Assembly (NCBI RefSeq): GCF_009834535.1
Contig: NC_045697.1
Location: 67,582,001 to 67,646,000, forward strand
Origin: Camelus ferus
Taxonomy: Eukaryota
Direction: 5' to 3'
Length of the DNA: 64,000 nucleotides
Within the stretch, counting starts at the first letter, position 1. Every line of letters begins with the position of its first letter. The translations under genes were made by a program, and so were the position numbers. Positions 63,111 to 64,000 of the stretch are shown here, one piece after another. The notes below the pieces were generated by a model, which was given only the letters and a program-made list of their open reading frames with translations, was not told the DNA's origin and did not search any database.

Positions 63111-63214
63111 TCCCAACTCAGTCCAAACAAATACATAGACTATTTTCTTTTGTAGATCCATCAGCATTTTAATTAACTGGCCCATTGCCAGTATTGTATC
63201 ATATGGTCATATGT

Positions 63215-63370
63215 GGATAGATAAAGGAGTGGAAAACATCAAGTACATTATAGATTAAGTGAGGAAGAATTCCATATAAAGATGACTAAAAGGGGATAAT
63301 ATACTTTAGCTGAGAAATCATGGGAAATTGAAGTGGTTTTGAGAAAACAAGCTATGTAAATGCAAGGATG
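63215..63370 (+). mobile_element. Possible CR1/L3 3' ORF2 fragment
   Basis: ccatataaagatgactaaaaggggataatatactttagctgagaa weakly resembles the CR1 SYEERLKELGLFSLEK region. Confidence 0.3.
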
Positions 63371-63929
63371 AAAAATGTAATATATGGTTCAGAGTACACA
63401 CATTAGTCATCCTTTTCCTCTTATATACTGGGTATTGAGGTTCTTGGTTGTTTAAATGTCAGATATTTTCTTTGATGTTGACATTTTCTATAAACCTAGA
63501 ATCCATTTTTTTAAACAGAACAAGCTTAGATTGTAAAATGTCACTTGCTGTTACTTTCTAGAAATACATGCCTGAATGTGGAGTGAATCACTGGGCTGGT
63601 ATATGTACTACTGCAATGGATACTTGCAAAACATCTCACATCAAGATCTAATTAACTTTCCTGGTACCTAGGTAAAAGTGGTGGCCTTTTAAAAATTTTA
63701 CTTCTTATGCAGGGGAAAAAAATCAAAGAACAGAGTCTGTACTGCCAACAGGTGAAAGCAAATCTGACAAAGATCAGAGTGTAATTACTATTGTTGTGTC
63801 AAATGAAAATGGTTTTGCTCATCTACCTCTACTCCAGTAACTTGCCTTTTATCTGCATTACAGAATTCTTTACATAATGTCTCTACATGAGTTACTTCTG
63901 GTTCTCAAAACTTTGTGCAATTGGCTGTA

Positions 63930-64000
63930 TAAAAATTATTATCCCCATTTTAGAGATGGAAAAACTGAGGCTCAAAAGTTAAGTTACTTGGTTGTAGTTA
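63930..64000 (-). mobile_element. MIR core, cut off by the window end
   Basis: attattatccccattttagagatggaaaaactgaggctcaaaagttaagttacttg. Confidence 0.88.

Noticed and set aside
62805..63136. Hydrophobic membrane-protein-like ORFs
   Set aside because: T-rich antisense L1 sequence produces the Phe/Leu/Ile bias.
1..64000. Prokaryotic or viral systems (CRISPR, operons, retrons, endogenous viral genes)
   Set aside because: The DNA is mammalian and repeat-rich. There are no regularly spaced repeats, no ORF exceeds 133 aa, and no viral protein motif is recognisable.

Overview
AT-rich, CpG-poor mammalian genomic DNA that looks intronic or intergenic. A tRNA-derived SINE at about 41.83-41.98 kb resembles the camelid Vic-type SINE, so the source is probably a camelid (alpaca, llama or camel). 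I recognise no protein-coding gene, rRNA, true tRNA, CRISPR array or prokaryotic system. The few ORF-track entries I can assign are L1 ORF2 remnants; the rest look like chance frames. Much of the window is a layered transposon record: CR1/L3, L2, MIR, old and young L1, MaLR/ERVL LTRs, and hAT/Tigger MITEs. Most worth a second look: (1) a CR1/L3 reverse-transcriptase fossil whose motifs are still readable (about 30.1-30.8 kb); (2) a local ~330-bp non-TE duplication with an L1 RT fragment joined at its end; (3) two young L1 3' ends in inverted orientation; (4) two perfect hairpins that look template-switch derived; (5) minus-strand candidate exons that could splice into a small hydrophobic ORF. 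I found no convincing new biological system. Repeat subfamily names come from recalled consensus sequences, and boundaries are approximate unless TSDs or TIRs are quoted.
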